Positions 49,994 through 61,101 of a stretch of DNA of 64,000 nucleotides are shown piece by piece; the stretch's first letter is position 1, and each line of letters begins with the position of its first letter. This DNA comes from Prevotella sp. (GTDB lineage Bacteria > Bacteroidota > Bacteroidia > Bacteroidales > Bacteroidaceae): the NCBI GenBank assembly GCA_016290175.1, contig JAEETD010000001.1, forward strand, positions 14,358 through 78,357. Reading direction: 5' to 3'. Under the pieces are notes generated by a model. The model was given only the letters and a program-made list of their open reading frames with translations, ran no database searches and was not told the DNA's origin. Made by a program: the position numbers and the translations under genes.

Positions 49994-51457
49994 ATGATTA
50001 CTTTCTTGGTGAGCCTGGTGGCTCTCGTCTTAGGTTACCTGCTCTACGGCCGCTTTGTGGAGCGTGTTTTTGCCCCTGATGATCGTGTAACGCCTGCTGT
50101 GGCGAAGGCCGATGGCCTTGATTACATTGTGCTTCCGAATTGGAAGGTTTTCATGATCCAGTTCCTGAACATTGCAGGTACAGGGCCCATCTTCGGTGCC
50201 ATCATGGGTGCGAAGTTCGGTCCTGTGGCATATCTGTGGATTGTGTTCGGTTGCATCTTCGCCGGTGCCACTCATGACTATCTGTCGGGTATGCTATCGA
50301 TGCGTCATGGTGGAGTCGGACTGCCAGAACTTATTGGTCACTATCTGGGAAAGACCACTAAGAGCGTGATGCTCGTGTTTACCGTCTTGCTCTTGATTAT
50401 GGTGGGAACGGTGTTTGTGTATTCGCCTGCTGAGATTCTGCATACCATCGGTGGGGAGACTATGATGTGGGTAATCATCATTTTCTGCTATTATATCATC
50501 GCCACGATGCTACCCATCGATAAGATTATCGGTAAGGTGTATCCGTTGTTTGCTTTCTCGCTGCTGTTTATGGCGGGTGCGCTGATGATCTGGCTTTTCC
50601 TGCATTGGCCAACCGTACCTGAACTGTGGACAAACTTCTATAACATGGGTGCAGCAACGGAGCCAGACACATGGAAGGACGCTATCTTCCCGGCTCTGTT
50701 TATCACGATTGCCTGTGGTGCTATCTCAGGCTTCCATGCTACGCAGAGTCCGCTGATGGCTCGTTGCGTGAAGAGCGAGAAGATGGGACGTCCCATTTTC
50801 TATGGCGCGATGATTACCGAGGGTATCGTTGCACTCATATGGGCTACAGTGTCGGCCTGGTTCTTCTATGGTGATCCCGCTCCCGGCTATACCCTTATCG
50901 AACAGGCTACTGCTGGTTTCCATACTTCTGCACCTGCCGTTGTGAACCTGGTTTGCAATGAATGGCTGGGTGTAGCTGGTGCCATTCTGGCTATGCTGGG
51001 TGTGGTGGCTGCGCCCATTACTTCAGGAGATACTGCCTTCCGTTCTGGACGTCTGATTGTGGCAGAGTGGTTGAAACTCGACCAACGTCCCATCGCCAAG
51101 CGTTTGATGATCTGTATCCCCATGTTTGCCGTTTCTATTGCCATGTTAGTTTGGCAGATAGAGAATCCTGACGGTTTCAACACCATCTGGCAATACTTCG
51201 GATGGAGTAACCAGGCATTGAGTGTGTTCACACTATGGACGCTGACGGTTTATCTGGTGCGTAATAACAAACCTTTCTGGATTACGTTGATTCCAGCCTT
51301 GTTTATGACTACCGTCTGCTCCACCTTCCTCTTTATCTCCAAACAGGCCTTCTATCTGCCCAAAACGCTGGGTTATACATTAGGAGGTGCTTGTCTGGTA
51401 ATTGCTGTGATATGGTTTACAGTTTGGTATAAGAAAGAAATGAAGAAAAAAGGATAA
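49994..51457 (+). CDS. cstA: Carbon starvation protein A family transporter
   Basis: IQFLNIAGTGPIFGA, ITIACGAISGFHATQSP, WQYFGWSNQ. Confidence 0.92.
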   Translation: MITFLVSLVALVLGYLLYGRFVERVFAPDDRVTPAVAKADGLDYIVLPNWKVFMIQFLNIAGTGPIFGAIMGAKFGPVAYLWIVFGCIFAGATHDYLSGMLSMRHGGVGLPELIGHYLGKTTKSVMLVFTVLLLIMVGTVFVYSPAEILHTIGGETMMWVIIIFCYYIIATMLPIDKIIGKVYPLFAFSLLFMAGALMIWLFLHWPTVPELWTNFYNMGAATEPDTWKDAIFPALFITIACGAISGFHATQSPLMARCVKSEKMGRPIFYGAMITEGIVALIWATVSAWFFYGDPAPGYTLIEQATAGFHTSAPAVVNLVCNEWLGVAGAILAMLGVVAAPITSGDTAFRSGRLIVAEWLKLDQRPIAKRLMICIPMFAVSIAMLVWQIENPDGFNTIWQYFGWSNQALSVFTLWTLTVYLVRNNKPFWITLIPALFMTTVCSTFLFISKQAFYLPKTLGYTLGGACLVIAVIWFTVWYKKEMKKKG

Positions 51458-51468
51458 TACTTTAATAT

Positions 51469-51966
51469 ATGAAGAAACTATTGATGGCAGCCATCGGCCT
51501 GATGATGGCAATGAGTGTTAATGCACAATATTTGAATAGTCCAGAGAAAGTTTTTTATGAGGGCAAGTGGATGATTGGTGCCTCTGCTTCAGGTCTCGAC
51601 CTGAGTTGGCACAAAGGTCAGAAATGGAACCTGAGCCTCGATGCCAAGGCCGGTTATCTGATTGTCGATGACTTTATGATCACCGGTAAGTTGGGTTATA
51701 ATAACTCCACCTATGGTCATTCGTCGGTGAATGTGGGTGCTGGCTTGCGTTATTATATCGAGGAGAACGGTATCTATGTGGGCGCAGGTTGTAAGTTCGT
51801 GCATATGGAGGGCATCGATGATTTGGTTCCAGAAGCTCATGTCGGCTATGCTTTCTTCCTCTCTCGTCACCTCACCATCGAGCCCGAGGTCTATTATGAG
51901 TTGAGTACCAAGGACAGTGATTTCAGCGGCCTTGGCCTCAAGCTTGGTTTTGCACTATACTTTTAA
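51469..51966 (+). CDS. Small outer-membrane beta-barrel protein
   Basis: Signal peptide; alternating beta strands; C-terminal F. Confidence 0.8.
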   Translation: MKKLLMAAIGLMMAMSVNAQYLNSPEKVFYEGKWMIGASASGLDLSWHKGQKWNLSLDAKAGYLIVDDFMITGKLGYNNSTYGHSSVNVGAGLRYYIEENGIYVGAGCKFVHMEGIDDLVPEAHVGYAFFLSRHLTIEPEVYYELSTKDSDFSGLGLKLGFALYF

Positions 51967-51983
51967 TAGTAAAAAACGTAAAT

Positions 51984-52832
51984 ATGCTGAGTGTAGAAGA
52001 ATTAGTTGACAGACTCATTGATCTGTCGTTTGCCGAAGATATCGGCGATGGTGACCATACCACGCTCTGTTGTATCCCTGAGGATGCGATGGGTAAATCC
52101 CACTTGCTGATTAAAGAGGATGGTATCCTGGCTGGTGTGGAGATTGCCAAGGAAGTGTTTCGACGTTTCGATCCTACCATGCAGGTGGAGGTACTCCTCG
52201 GCGATGGTGAGCGTGTGCATAAGGGCGATATTGCGATGGTGGTATCAGGCAAAGTACGCTCGCTGTTGCAGACAGAACGTCTGATGCTGAATATCATGCA
52301 ACGTATGAGCGGCATTGCCACAATGACTGACAAGTATGTACAACGACTGAAAGGTACCAAGACCCGTGTGCTCGACACCCGCAAGACTACGCCAGGTATG
52401 CGTATGCTCGAGAAGCAGGCTGTGAAGATCGGTGGCGGTTGTAACCATCGCATCGGTCTCTTCGATATGATCCTGCTGAAGGATAACCATGTTGACTTTG
52501 CTGGTGGTATCGTCAATGCCATTGACCGTTGTCATGCTTATCTGAAGGAGAAAGGTCTGGACCTGAAGATCGAGATTGAAGTGCGCAACTTCGAGGAACT
52601 CAAAGAGGTGCTCGCTCATGGTGGTGTAGACCGTGTGATGCTCGACAATTTCAGCGTTGCTGACACGAAGTGGGCTGTGGATATGATTGACGGCCGCTTT
52701 GAGACGGAGTCGAGTGGGGGCATCACCTTCGATACCATCCGCGATTACGCTGAGCAGGGCGTTGACTTCATCAGTGTTGGTGCGCTTACGCACTCGGTCA
52801 AAGGACTTGATATGTCGTTTAAGGCGTGCTGA
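51984..52832 (+). CDS. nadC: Quinolinate phosphoribosyltransferase
   Basis: DTRKTTPG, HRIGLFD, LKDNH, IEIEV, MLDN, ESSGG, ISVGALTHS. Confidence 0.97.
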   Translation: MLSVEELVDRLIDLSFAEDIGDGDHTTLCCIPEDAMGKSHLLIKEDGILAGVEIAKEVFRRFDPTMQVEVLLGDGERVHKGDIAMVVSGKVRSLLQTERLMLNIMQRMSGIATMTDKYVQRLKGTKTRVLDTRKTTPGMRMLEKQAVKIGGGCNHRIGLFDMILLKDNHVDFAGGIVNAIDRCHAYLKEKGLDLKIEIEVRNFEELKEVLAHGGVDRVMLDNFSVADTKWAVDMIDGRFETESSGGITFDTIRDYAEQGVDFISVGALTHSVKGLDMSFKAC

Positions 52833-54493
52833 ATCAACTGCTGATAAGCTTTCTGCTAAGTATATTTACCCCGCCAGTAGATTATGACATTTCTCTGGCG
52901 GGGAATTTTGGTGAGCCTCGTCCCAATCATTTTCATGGAGGTCTTGATATCTCTACAGATAATGTTGAGGGCAAGGTGATCTATTCCATTGACGATGGCT
53001 ACGTCAGTCGTATCACGCAGGGCATCGACGGTTTCGGCAATGCGGTATATGTCACGCATCCAGAGGGCTATACCTCCATTTATTGTCACCTGAAGTCTTT
53101 TTCGCCCCGTATCCAGGCAGCCCTTCGTGATTATCAGTATGCCCACGAGACTAATATTCCCGATGCTCATCTGTCGCCTTTGGTATGTCCGGTGTCTCAA
53201 GGTCAGTATATCGCCTTGAGCGGAAACACTGGCCATTCCACTGGTCCTCATCTCCATCTCGAGATTCACGATACAGATACCTGGGACATGCTCGACCCCT
53301 ATGAGTTCCTGAACGACTTTATCAACGATTCCGTTCCTCCGCAGGCACATGGTTTGATGGCCACTCCGATTATGGGTGAAGGAGTATTCAATAATAGTAT
53401 TCAGCAACAGACTTTCGGGATTGCTGGCCATCAGCTTACTCAGACGTTTACGGCCTGGGGAAAGGTAGGCTTTGCTCTTTGGGGTGACGACTATATGCAG
53501 GGCAATTATCATCACTATGGCATTCGAGAAACGATTCTCATGTTGGATGGTAATATGATTTTCCGTTCGAATGTTGACCGTATTCCCGTGAGCAGGAACG
53601 CGTTTGTGAATGCATGGGGCGACTACGACCATTGGCGACAAACCCGCCGTTGGTATATGAAATCCTACATCGCCCCTGGCAACCAACTGTCTATTCTTCA
53701 CGCTGACAGTCTTCGGGGTATCGTCCATTTCAACGAGGAACGCGACTATCATCTGGAGTATATCCTTCGTGACTTCAAGGGCAATGAGAGTCGTTACGCC
53801 TTCACGGTGCATGGCGTCAGACAAGAGATTCCGCAGCCTGAATTGCCAATAGGACCACGATTCCTTTGGAACCAGACGAATTCGTTTTCCTATCCTGGCG
53901 AGATGCAGTTGGTGGTGCCTTACGGCCTCTTAGCGGATGATATCATCCTACAGCCTGTTGTCATACGCCAACCAGATAAGATATCCGATCGCTATTCGTT
54001 CTATCCCGTCAGTTGTCCGTTGATGGCTGAGGGCGAACTGATGATCAGGGCCCGGCTGGAGAATATCGGCTCTGACCGTTTCCTGTCTACGGAAGCCGAC
54101 CCTTCGAAACTCTATATTCGTTCTTCTATTGGCAAATACATGGGTGGTGACTACCAAGATGGTTGGGTGATTGGTCGTATCAGCGAATTGTGTTATGCCT
54201 ATTCGCTCGACTACGATGATGAGCCGCCTGCCATCAGTATCATTACGAATACACAGGTTGTCTCTGATGTGCTTCGTCTGAGTGTGAACGATGCGCAGAG
54301 TGGAGTAGCTGCTTATAAAGGCACCATCGACGGGCAGTTTGTAGTGTTCAATCCGCAGGAGAAGACTTCCCAGGTGGTGTGTAACTTGCGTGAGTCGCCT
54401 ATCCGCAAGACGGGCAGGCAGCATCAGCTTCTATTTACTGCCACCGATCATCGGAACAATACGAAAACAGTTGAAACAAGTATAATATATTAA
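52826..54493 (+). CDS. M23-family metallopeptidase
   Basis: HFHGGLD, YCHL, SGNTGHSTGPHLHLEI. Confidence 0.9.
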   Translation: MLNQLLISFLLSIFTPPVDYDISLAGNFGEPRPNHFHGGLDISTDNVEGKVIYSIDDGYVSRITQGIDGFGNAVYVTHPEGYTSIYCHLKSFSPRIQAALRDYQYAHETNIPDAHLSPLVCPVSQGQYIALSGNTGHSTGPHLHLEIHDTDTWDMLDPYEFLNDFINDSVPPQAHGLMATPIMGEGVFNNSIQQQTFGIAGHQLTQTFTAWGKVGFALWGDDYMQGNYHHYGIRETILMLDGNMIFRSNVDRIPVSRNAFVNAWGDYDHWRQTRRWYMKSYIAPGNQLSILHADSLRGIVHFNEERDYHLEYILRDFKGNESRYAFTVHGVRQEIPQPELPIGPRFLWNQTNSFSYPGEMQLVVPYGLLADDIILQPVVIRQPDKISDRYSFYPVSCPLMAEGELMIRARLENIGSDRFLSTEADPSKLYIRSSIGKYMGGDYQDGWVIGRISELCYAYSLDYDDEPPAISIITNTQVVSDVLRLSVNDAQSGVAAYKGTIDGQFVVFNPQEKTSQVVCNLRESPIRKTGRQHQLLFTATDHRNNTKTVETSIIY

Positions 54494-54496
54494 GGT

Positions 54497-56215
54497 ATGA
54501 AAAGACATGTAATTCTTTCCGTCATGCTCATCGTCTGCAGTTATGCGATGGCGTGTACCAATTTCATCGTAGGCAAGAAAGCCAGTGCCGATGGCTCTGT
54601 CTTCGTCACCTATAACGCAGACTCCTTTGGAGCCTTCATGCCCCTCTATCACTATCCCGCTTCCAAGCATCAGCCTGGCGAGATGCGGAAGGTGTATGAA
54701 TGGGATACAAACAAGTATCTGGGTGAGATTCCTGAGGCCGCAGAGACGTGGAATGTGATTGGCAACTCCAACGAGTGGCAGGTGACCATTGGCGAAACCA
54801 CATTCGGAGGCCGCGAGGAAATGGTGGATTCTACAGGTATCATCGACTACGGGTCTCTGATTTACATCACCCTACAGCGTGCTAAGACCGCACGTGAGGC
54901 TTTACAGATTATGACGCAGTTGGTAGAACAGTACGGCTATTACTCTGAGGGCGAGACATTCTCTGTAGCCGACCCCAATGAAGCCTGGATGCTTGAGATG
55001 ATGGGCTGTGGTCCTGACCGTGAGAAATCCAAGGAACGCACCGTCTGGGTGGCTGTCCGTATTCCTGATGATGCGATTGCAGCTCATGCTAACCAGAGTC
55101 GCATCACCCAGTTCCTTGATGGCCGCTATACAGTAGTGAAGATGAAGGATCTGCTGAAGAAATATCCGCTCGATGGCAAAAAGCCTGTGCCTAATCTCGT
55201 GGTCTGTTCCGACAATGTCGTGAAGTATGCTCGTACGATGGGTTGGTTCGAAGGCAAGGATGCAGATTTCTCCTATAATGCCGCGTATGCTGCTCCCGAC
55301 TTCTCCGGACGTCGTTATTGTGAGGCTCGTGTGTGGAGCTTCTTCAATCGCTTTGCCGATGATTTCTCACGTTATGTGCCTTATGCAGAAGGTAAGGTGA
55401 AGGATGCCGAACCCATGCCACTCTGGATTATCCCCAATAAGAAGGTGAGCCTTCAGGACCTGCGTGCGGCAATGCGCGACCATTATGAAGGCACTCCGTT
55501 TGCACTCGATTCTGACATTGGTGGCGGTATCTATCAGATGCCGTATCGCCTCTCACCGCTTTCGTATAAACTCGATGGCCAGGATATGTTCAACGAACGT
55601 CCTATCTCCACCTTCCAGACGGCCTGGTCGTTCATCTCTCAGATGCGTTCCTGGCTGCCGCGAGAGATTGGCGGCTGCTTCTGGTTTGGCAATGACGATG
55701 GTAACATGGTGGCCTACACCCCGATGTATTCTTGCATCAAGCGCATACCGAGGTGTTTCTCGGGTGAGGGAGCCGATGATGTCACCTTCTCGATGGATAA
55801 TGCCTACTGGGTATGTAATTGGGTGAGCAACATGGTTTATCCCAAATACTCCCTGATGTTCCCGTCCTTGCAGGCTGTGCGTGACTCACTCGATGCCTCC
55901 TACGATAAGTTACAGGCACAGATTGAGGTGAAGGCCCAGTCTCTCGAAGGCGATGCACGAATAAAGTTCCTTACAGACTACAGTTGTCAGAAAGGCGACG
56001 AGATGATTGAGCGTTGGCGCCAACTGGCCTATTTCCTTATTGTGAAATACAATGATATGGTGGTGAAGCCCACCGATGCCAATGGTTCCTTCAAACGCAC
56101 AAAGTATGGAAACGGTGCCAAGGTAGAGCGTCCAGGTTATCCGAAGGAATATGCCCGCGAAATCCTCAAGATGACCGGTGATAAACTGCTTGTTCCGAAA
56201 GATGAGAAAAAATAA
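54497..56215 (+). CDS. C69-family dipeptidase (Ntn hydrolase)
   Basis: Signal peptide then CTNFIVGKKAS; NEWQVTIGETT; AHANQSRI; MRDHYEGT. Confidence 0.9.
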   Translation: MKRHVILSVMLIVCSYAMACTNFIVGKKASADGSVFVTYNADSFGAFMPLYHYPASKHQPGEMRKVYEWDTNKYLGEIPEAAETWNVIGNSNEWQVTIGETTFGGREEMVDSTGIIDYGSLIYITLQRAKTAREALQIMTQLVEQYGYYSEGETFSVADPNEAWMLEMMGCGPDREKSKERTVWVAVRIPDDAIAAHANQSRITQFLDGRYTVVKMKDLLKKYPLDGKKPVPNLVVCSDNVVKYARTMGWFEGKDADFSYNAAYAAPDFSGRRYCEARVWSFFNRFADDFSRYVPYAEGKVKDAEPMPLWIIPNKKVSLQDLRAAMRDHYEGTPFALDSDIGGGIYQMPYRLSPLSYKLDGQDMFNERPISTFQTAWSFISQMRSWLPREIGGCFWFGNDDGNMVAYTPMYSCIKRIPRCFSGEGADDVTFSMDNAYWVCNWVSNMVYPKYSLMFPSLQAVRDSLDASYDKLQAQIEVKAQSLEGDARIKFLTDYSCQKGDEMIERWRQLAYFLIVKYNDMVVKPTDANGSFKRTKYGNGAKVERPGYPKEYAREILKMTGDKLLVPKDEKK

Positions 56216-56224
56216 AGGGATGCC

Positions 56225-57295
56225 TTAAAGCATCCCCTTTGTACTTGGCAGTTCGTAGTGATAGATATCACGTCGGACTGCCATTTTCAGACTCCGAGCA
56301 AGAGCTTTGAAGATACCCTCTATCTTGTGGTGTTCGTTCTGTCCCTCCGCCTTGATGTTCAGGTTCATCTTTGCTGCGTCCGAGAGACTCTTGAAGAAAT
56401 GCAGGAACATCTCCGTGGGCATCTCGCCGATTTTTTCTCTTGTGAACTCCGCATCCCACACCAGCCAGGGACGGCCTCCGAAGTCGAGGGCCACGCTGCA
56501 CAGACAGTCATCCATCGGCAGACAATAGCCGTAACGTTCAATGCCACGCTTATTCCCTAAGGCCGTGAGGATACATTCACCTAAGGCAATGGCTGTATCT
56601 TCGATAGTGTGATGCTCATCCACCTCGAGGTCTCCTTTTGTATGGATCAGCAGGTCGATGCTGCCGTGCTTGCCAATCTGTTCCAGCATGTGATCGAAGA
56701 ATCCCAAGCCTGTGGAGATATCACATTTGCCTGTGCCGTCGAGGTTCACCCTGATGTGGATATCGGTTTCCTTGGTAGTACGACGAACCTCGGCTGTACG
56801 CTCTCCGGCAAACAGCAGTTCACTGATCTTATCCCACGACATCCCCTCATCCGAGAGAATCAGGGCCTTGCAGCCGATATTCTCCGCAAACTTCCTGTCC
56901 GTCTCACGGTCACCGATCACATAACTGTTGGCGATGTCGTACTCGGGGTCATTCACATATTTCTCCACAAGTCCGGTATTAGGCTTGCGGGTGGGGGCAT
57001 TGTCCTCTGGGAAATGGGGGTCAATCAGTATCTCATCGAAGGTGACGCCTTCGCTCTCTAAAGTCTGCAGGATAAAGTTCTGTACAGGCCAGAAGGTGTC
57101 CTCGGGAAAGGCATCGGTACCCAGACCGTCCTGATTACTTACCATCACGAACTCAAAATCGGTATGTTCGCGGATGAAATGCAGGTTACGGAACACGCCC
57201 TTGGTGAACTTCAGCTTCTCAAAGGCATCAATCTGCTCGTCGGCAGGCTCTTCTATCAGCGTACCGTCACGGTCGATAAACAGTATTCTCTTCAT
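56225..57295 (-). CDS. hisB: Bifunctional histidinol-phosphatase / imidazoleglycerol-phosphate dehydratase
   Basis: FIDRDGT, SNQDG, RKP; [31 protein letters not shown]. Confidence 0.97.
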   Translation of the reverse strand: MKRILFIDRDGTLIEEPADEQIDAFEKLKFTKGVFRNLHFIREHTDFEFVMVSNQDGLGTDAFPEDTFWPVQNFILQTLESEGVTFDEILIDPHFPEDNAPTRKPNTGLVEKYVNDPEYDIANSYVIGDRETDRKFAENIGCKALILSDEGMSWDKISELLFAGERTAEVRRTTKETDIHIRVNLDGTGKCDISTGLGFFDHMLEQIGKHGSIDLLIHTKGDLEVDEHHTIEDTAIALGECILTALGNKRGIERYGYCLPMDDCLCSVALDFGGRPWLVWDAEFTREKIGEMPTEMFLHFFKSLSDAAKMNLNIKAEGQNEHHKIEGIFKALARSLKMAVRRDIYHYELPSTKGML

Positions 57296-58167
57296 TGCTG
57301 TTGTTTGTTAAAGTCTTGTTTCTCTTGTTCTTGCGCGTCAATCGAACCATACATATAATAGATGGGGAAGAGCACGGACAACATCACATAAGCCTGCAGG
57401 AATCCGATGATCAGGAAGGTACCTGCGGCCAAGGCCGGCATATAGGAGGGCAGGGCATAGGGATCGCCCATCGCTACACCAATCACCGACTGTGTATTGG
57501 CCATCGAAAGGATGATGGCTGGCAGTGACAGTAGCATCAAAAGCAGCATCTCGACGATGACAGCCACGAGCACCACGATGAAGATAAAGCCCCAACGACG
57601 CATACCAACACCGTAACCTATCCGGAATTGCTTCCAGAAACCGATGCCGTCGTTCAGGATATAGCGCATGGTGATATAAGCCAACGGCAACAGCAGGCAG
57701 AGGATGACCAGCGCGCCCAATGCCGTACAACCGATAGCCGTATAGAGTGACAGGAACTTAAAGGCCGCGAAGGCCAGACCCACGATGAGGATACTTGCTA
57801 TCAGATAGATGATAAACAGACATAGCCAGCACTTGATGGTGCGGATAAAGATATGGGTATCAATGCTGAACCACTTGGCGGGTCGGAGGATATTGCCGAA
57901 GGTCTGATGTTGCTTCAGCACGCTGAAGCCGTAGGAGGCAAACAGGCACTCTACGATAATCAGAATGGCTGCCGTGATGGGCATCAGTCTTGGTGTCATG
58001 ATCATCATCGCACCGCCTACACTGCAAAATAGGGCATAGACCAATGCTGCCACCCATGAATATCTGAAGATATGCTTGAAATGTCCCGTGTACAGCCTGT
58101 AGCCGGCGCTGATACAACCTCGGCTACTGCGCACTTTCAGAAGGATATCGTCTTTCTCTTTTTCCAT
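57292..58167 (-). CDS. Hypothetical integral membrane protein
   Basis: About 6 hydrophobic segments; overlaps the hisB start (ATGA). Confidence 0.75.
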   Translation of the reverse strand: MEKEKDDILLKVRSSRGCISAGYRLYTGHFKHIFRYSWVAALVYALFCSVGGAMMIMTPRLMPITAAILIIVECLFASYGFSVLKQHQTFGNILRPAKWFSIDTHIFIRTIKCWLCLFIIYLIASILIVGLAFAAFKFLSLYTAIGCTALGALVILCLLLPLAYITMRYILNDGIGFWKQFRIGYGVGMRRWGFIFIVVLVAVIVEMLLLMLLSLPAIILSMANTQSVIGVAMGDPYALPSYMPALAAGTFLIIGFLQAYVMLSVLFPIYYMYGSIDAQEQEKQDFNKQQQ

Positions 58168-58275
58168 ATTTTTGCGTATTGAATTCCTTTTCAATGTGCA
58201 AAGGTACGAAATAATTCATAATTAATAATGCATAATTCATAATAATTTAGTAATTTTGCACCAAAATTAGATTGT

Positions 58276-59268
58276 ATGAAGAAGTTGCAGTGGGGATTCA
58301 TCGGTTGCGGTGAGGTCGTGGAGACCAAAAGCGGCCCTGCCTTCAGCGAGGTGGAAGGCTCGGGCGTGGCGGCTGTCATGAGCCGTACGGAGCGTCGCGC
58401 CAGGACCTATGCCGTGAAGCATGGCATCGCCAAATGGTATACTGATGCCCAGGAACTCATCGACGATCCCGATGTCAATGCCGTGTATATCGCCACACCG
58501 CCTTCTAGTCACGCCACCTATGCTATCATGGCCATGAAAGCCGGCAAACCCGTCTATGTGGAGAAACCTCTGGCATCGAGCTATGAAGATTGTGCCCGCA
58601 TCAATCGCATCTCTGAGCAGACAGGCGTGCCTTGCTTTGTGGCTTACTATCGACGGTATCTTCCTTATTTTCAGAAAGTTTTCGATATTGTAAAAAGTGG
58701 TACTATAGGTAAGATTATCAATGTCCAGGTGCGCTATACCGAGCCTTTGCGTCCTGCTGATGCCGAGGCCATCCGCACGGGAATCGACCTGCCTTGGCGT
58801 CTGCATCCGGAGATTGCGGGTGGCGGTTATTTCTATGATATGGCCCCTCACCAGCTCGATCTCTTACAACACATGTTCGGTGTGATTCTCGAGGCTCGAG
58901 GCATCTGTAGCAATCGCGGACAGTATTATGAGGCCGAGGACTCCGTGAGTGCCTGCTTCCGTTTCGAGAACGGCCTGCCTGGTAGCGGCTCATGGTGCTA
59001 TGTGGCGCATGAGAGTGCCCGTGAGGACTGCATCGAGATCATCGGTACCGAGGGGCTTGTCAGTTTTTCGGTGTTCGACTACCAGCCCATCCGTCTGCAG
59101 ACGAGCGAGGGCAATCTGGAAATCACCGTTCCCAATCCGCCCTACGTGCAGTATCCCATCATCAAGAATGTCATCGAGCATCTGCAGGGTATCGGCGTCT
59201 GCACCTGTACGAGTGTCTCGGCTACGCCCGTTAACTGGGCGATGGACCGTATCCTTGGCAAATTCTAA
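58276..59268 (+). CDS. Gfo/Idh/MocA-family oxidoreductase
   Basis: GFIGCG, VYIATPPSSH, VEKP, YYRRY, GGGYFYDMAPHQLD. Confidence 0.92.
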   Translation: MKKLQWGFIGCGEVVETKSGPAFSEVEGSGVAAVMSRTERRARTYAVKHGIAKWYTDAQELIDDPDVNAVYIATPPSSHATYAIMAMKAGKPVYVEKPLASSYEDCARINRISEQTGVPCFVAYYRRYLPYFQKVFDIVKSGTIGKIINVQVRYTEPLRPADAEAIRTGIDLPWRLHPEIAGGGYFYDMAPHQLDLLQHMFGVILEARGICSNRGQYYEAEDSVSACFRFENGLPGSGSWCYVAHESAREDCIEIIGTEGLVSFSVFDYQPIRLQTSEGNLEITVPNPPYVQYPIIKNVIEHLQGIGVCTCTSVSATPVNWAMDRILGKF

Positions 59269-59282
59269 CATCAACCATAATA

Positions 59283-60248
59283 ATGAAGCATTATTCACAT
59301 ATCGCCCTGCTCCTTGCCATTTGTACCCTCATCTGGCCCTTGCAGTCGTGCGCTAATAATGGCGGTGCTCCTAAGACTGAGGCCAGCACTTCCGAGAATT
59401 CCGAGTATTCTGAGTACTCCGAGTGTTCTGAAAACTCCGATTCCTCCGATCCCTCTGATGCCAAGAAGCCCGCTTATCGCATCACCATCGAGGCCCTGCT
59501 CCGCGATGCCAAGCAGCAACCCTCGAATACCAATTTCCCGCTCTATTTTGCCCGCAAGTTCCTCGATGTGCCTTACGTGGCTCATACGCTGGAAATCAAC
59601 GACGACGAGCAGCTGGTAATCAATGTCGATGAACTCGACTGCACCACACTCGTTGAGACCGTCACAACCCTAACGCTCTGTGCCTATCGTAAGGAGTTTA
59701 CCTTTGCGGCTTATCAGAATGCTCTTCGTAATATGCGCTATCGTGATGGCATTATCAATGGCTATCCCTCACGCATCCACTATTTCACCGATTGGATTGT
59801 GTCTAATCAGAAGGCGGGCATCGTTTCTGAGATACAGCAGCCCAATCCACCATTTACAGCCGTACAAACCGTCAAGGTCAATTATATGAGTGAGCATCTA
59901 CAGAGCTACAAGGCTCTGAAAGCTCACCCCGAGTATGTGCCCGATATCAAGAAGATGGAGGAACGCCTCACTGGACAGAAGTTCCGCTTCATCCCCAAGT
60001 CAGAGGTGAAGGACACGAAGGCGATGCGTGAGGCCGTGCATGATGGCGACATCATTGCCATCACCTGCAATAAGCCCGGACTTGACATTGCCCATCTCGG
60101 GTTTGCCGTCTGGCGGCAGGACGGACTGCATCTGCTCAATGCCTCTCAGTTGCATAAGAAGGTGGTCGAAGAGCCCATGACGCTCTATCAGTATCTTCAG
60201 AAGCATCCCTCTCACACTGGAATCAGAATCATCCGAATCAATCATTAA
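59283..60248 (+). CDS. DUF1460 / AmiA-like NlpC/P60 peptidoglycan amidase lipoprotein
   Basis: Lipobox LQSC; PYVAHTLE, LDCTTLVE, SRIHYFTDW, GLDIAHLG, LLNAS. Confidence 0.88.
   Translation: MKHYSHIALLLAICTLIWPLQSCANNGGAPKTEASTSENSEYSEYSECSENSDSSDPSDAKKPAYRITIEALLRDAKQQPSNTNFPLYFARKFLDVPYVAHTLEINDDEQLVINVDELDCTTLVETVTTLTLCAYRKEFTFAAYQNALRNMRYRDGIINGYPSRIHYFTDWIVSNQKAGIVSEIQQPNPPFTAVQTVKVNYMSEHLQSYKALKAHPEYVPDIKKMEERLTGQKFRFIPKSEVKDTKAMREAVHDGDIIAITCNKPGLDIAHLGFAVWRQDGLHLLNASQLHKKVVEEPMTLYQYLQKHPSHTGIRIIRINH
59391..59459. repeat. In-frame 9-bp-period repeat (TCYGA core) x8
   Basis: TCYGA every 9 bp from 59391 to 59454; encodes SENSEYSEYSECSENSDSSDPSD. Confidence 0.9.
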
Positions 60249-60286
60249 ATTGTAAATAGTAAATTGTCAAATTGTAAATAGGTATT

Positions 60287-60676
60287 ATGGAATTACCCGA
60301 TTTTATGAACTATGGTGGGAAGTTCTCAAAGAGAGACTTCGCAGAGAAGATTTCCCGCATTGCCAAGCGTGCAGGTGCCAAGCTCGTTTATGCTGCCCTG
60401 ATTCTCTACTATACGTTGCAGAGCGACAAGGTGAGCAAGAAGGATAAAGCCATCATCATCGGTGCTCTGGGCTATATGATAAGTCCGCTCGATGCCATAC
60501 CCGATGCTATTCCCATTGCCGGTCTCACCGACGACCTGGCCGTGCTGCTCTATGTGCTGAAGAAAGTATGGACCGACATCGACCCTGAGATTCAGGCGAA
60601 GGCCAAGAAACGACTCTCCAAATGGTTCGATGAGGACGAAATTGCCGAGATCGGTGATCTCTTCAAGGGCGAGTGA
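60287..60676 (+). CDS. YkvA/DUF1232-family protein
   Basis: ALGYMISPLDAIPDAIPIAGLTDD. Confidence 0.9.
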   Translation: MELPDFMNYGGKFSKRDFAEKISRIAKRAGAKLVYAALILYYTLQSDKVSKKDKAIIIGALGYMISPLDAIPDAIPIAGLTDDLAVLLYVLKKVWTDIDPEIQAKAKKRLSKWFDEDEIAEIGDLFKGE

Positions 60677-60710
60677 ATAATTATATCAAGAAAATAATCT
60701 TGATAATAAG

Positions 60711-60744
60711 AAATCCCCAACCGAAAGGCTGGGGATCTTCTTTT
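60711..60744. terminator. Terminator between the DUF1232 gene and tRNA-Cys
   Basis: atccccaacc-gaaa-ggctggggat stem with flanking A/T tracts. Confidence 0.7.
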
Positions 60745-60750
60745 GCTGCG

Positions 60751-60822
60751 AGGTGCGTGGCGGATTCGAACCGCCGTGGACGGTTTTGCAGACCGTAGAC
60801 TAAGCCACTCATCCAACGCACC
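60751..60822 (-). tRNA. tRNA-Cys(GCA)
   Basis: GGTGCGTTGGATGAGTGG...ACGGTCTGCAAAACCGT...GGTTCGAATCCGCCACGCACCT. Confidence 0.96.
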
Positions 60823-60919
60823 AACTTAGCTGGCATTTTTCAAATGCGGGTGCAAAGGTAATCATTTTTAGTGAATAATGAATAGTGATTAGTGAATAGT
60901 TGATGGTCGTTGGCATTTT

Positions 60920-61096
60920 TTAACATTTAGGGCAATCCGAATCGCAGTTTTCACAACCTTTCTTCTTTGAGCAGTTCTCTGCCAACGGGCATCCTTCGCA
61001 TACTTTATTCTTATTTGTCAGCGTCCTGTAGATCCGCCTTCCAGCTAGCCCTATGGCCACTGCCAACACCACAACTACCAACATTTCCTGCCACAT
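60920..61096 (-). CDS. 58-aa Cys-rich membrane peptide (FeoB-associated Cys-rich protein-like)
   Basis: Manual translation MWQEMLVVVVLAVAIGLAGRRIYRTLTNKNKVCEGCPLAENCSKKKGCENCDSDCPKC*; below the ORF-track cutoff; starts 5 nt after the upstream stop. Confidence 0.8.
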   Translation of the reverse strand: MWQEMLVVVVLAVAIGLAGRRIYRTLTNKNKVCEGCPLAENCSKKKGCENCDSDCPKC

Positions 61097-61101
61097 ATCT
61101 C

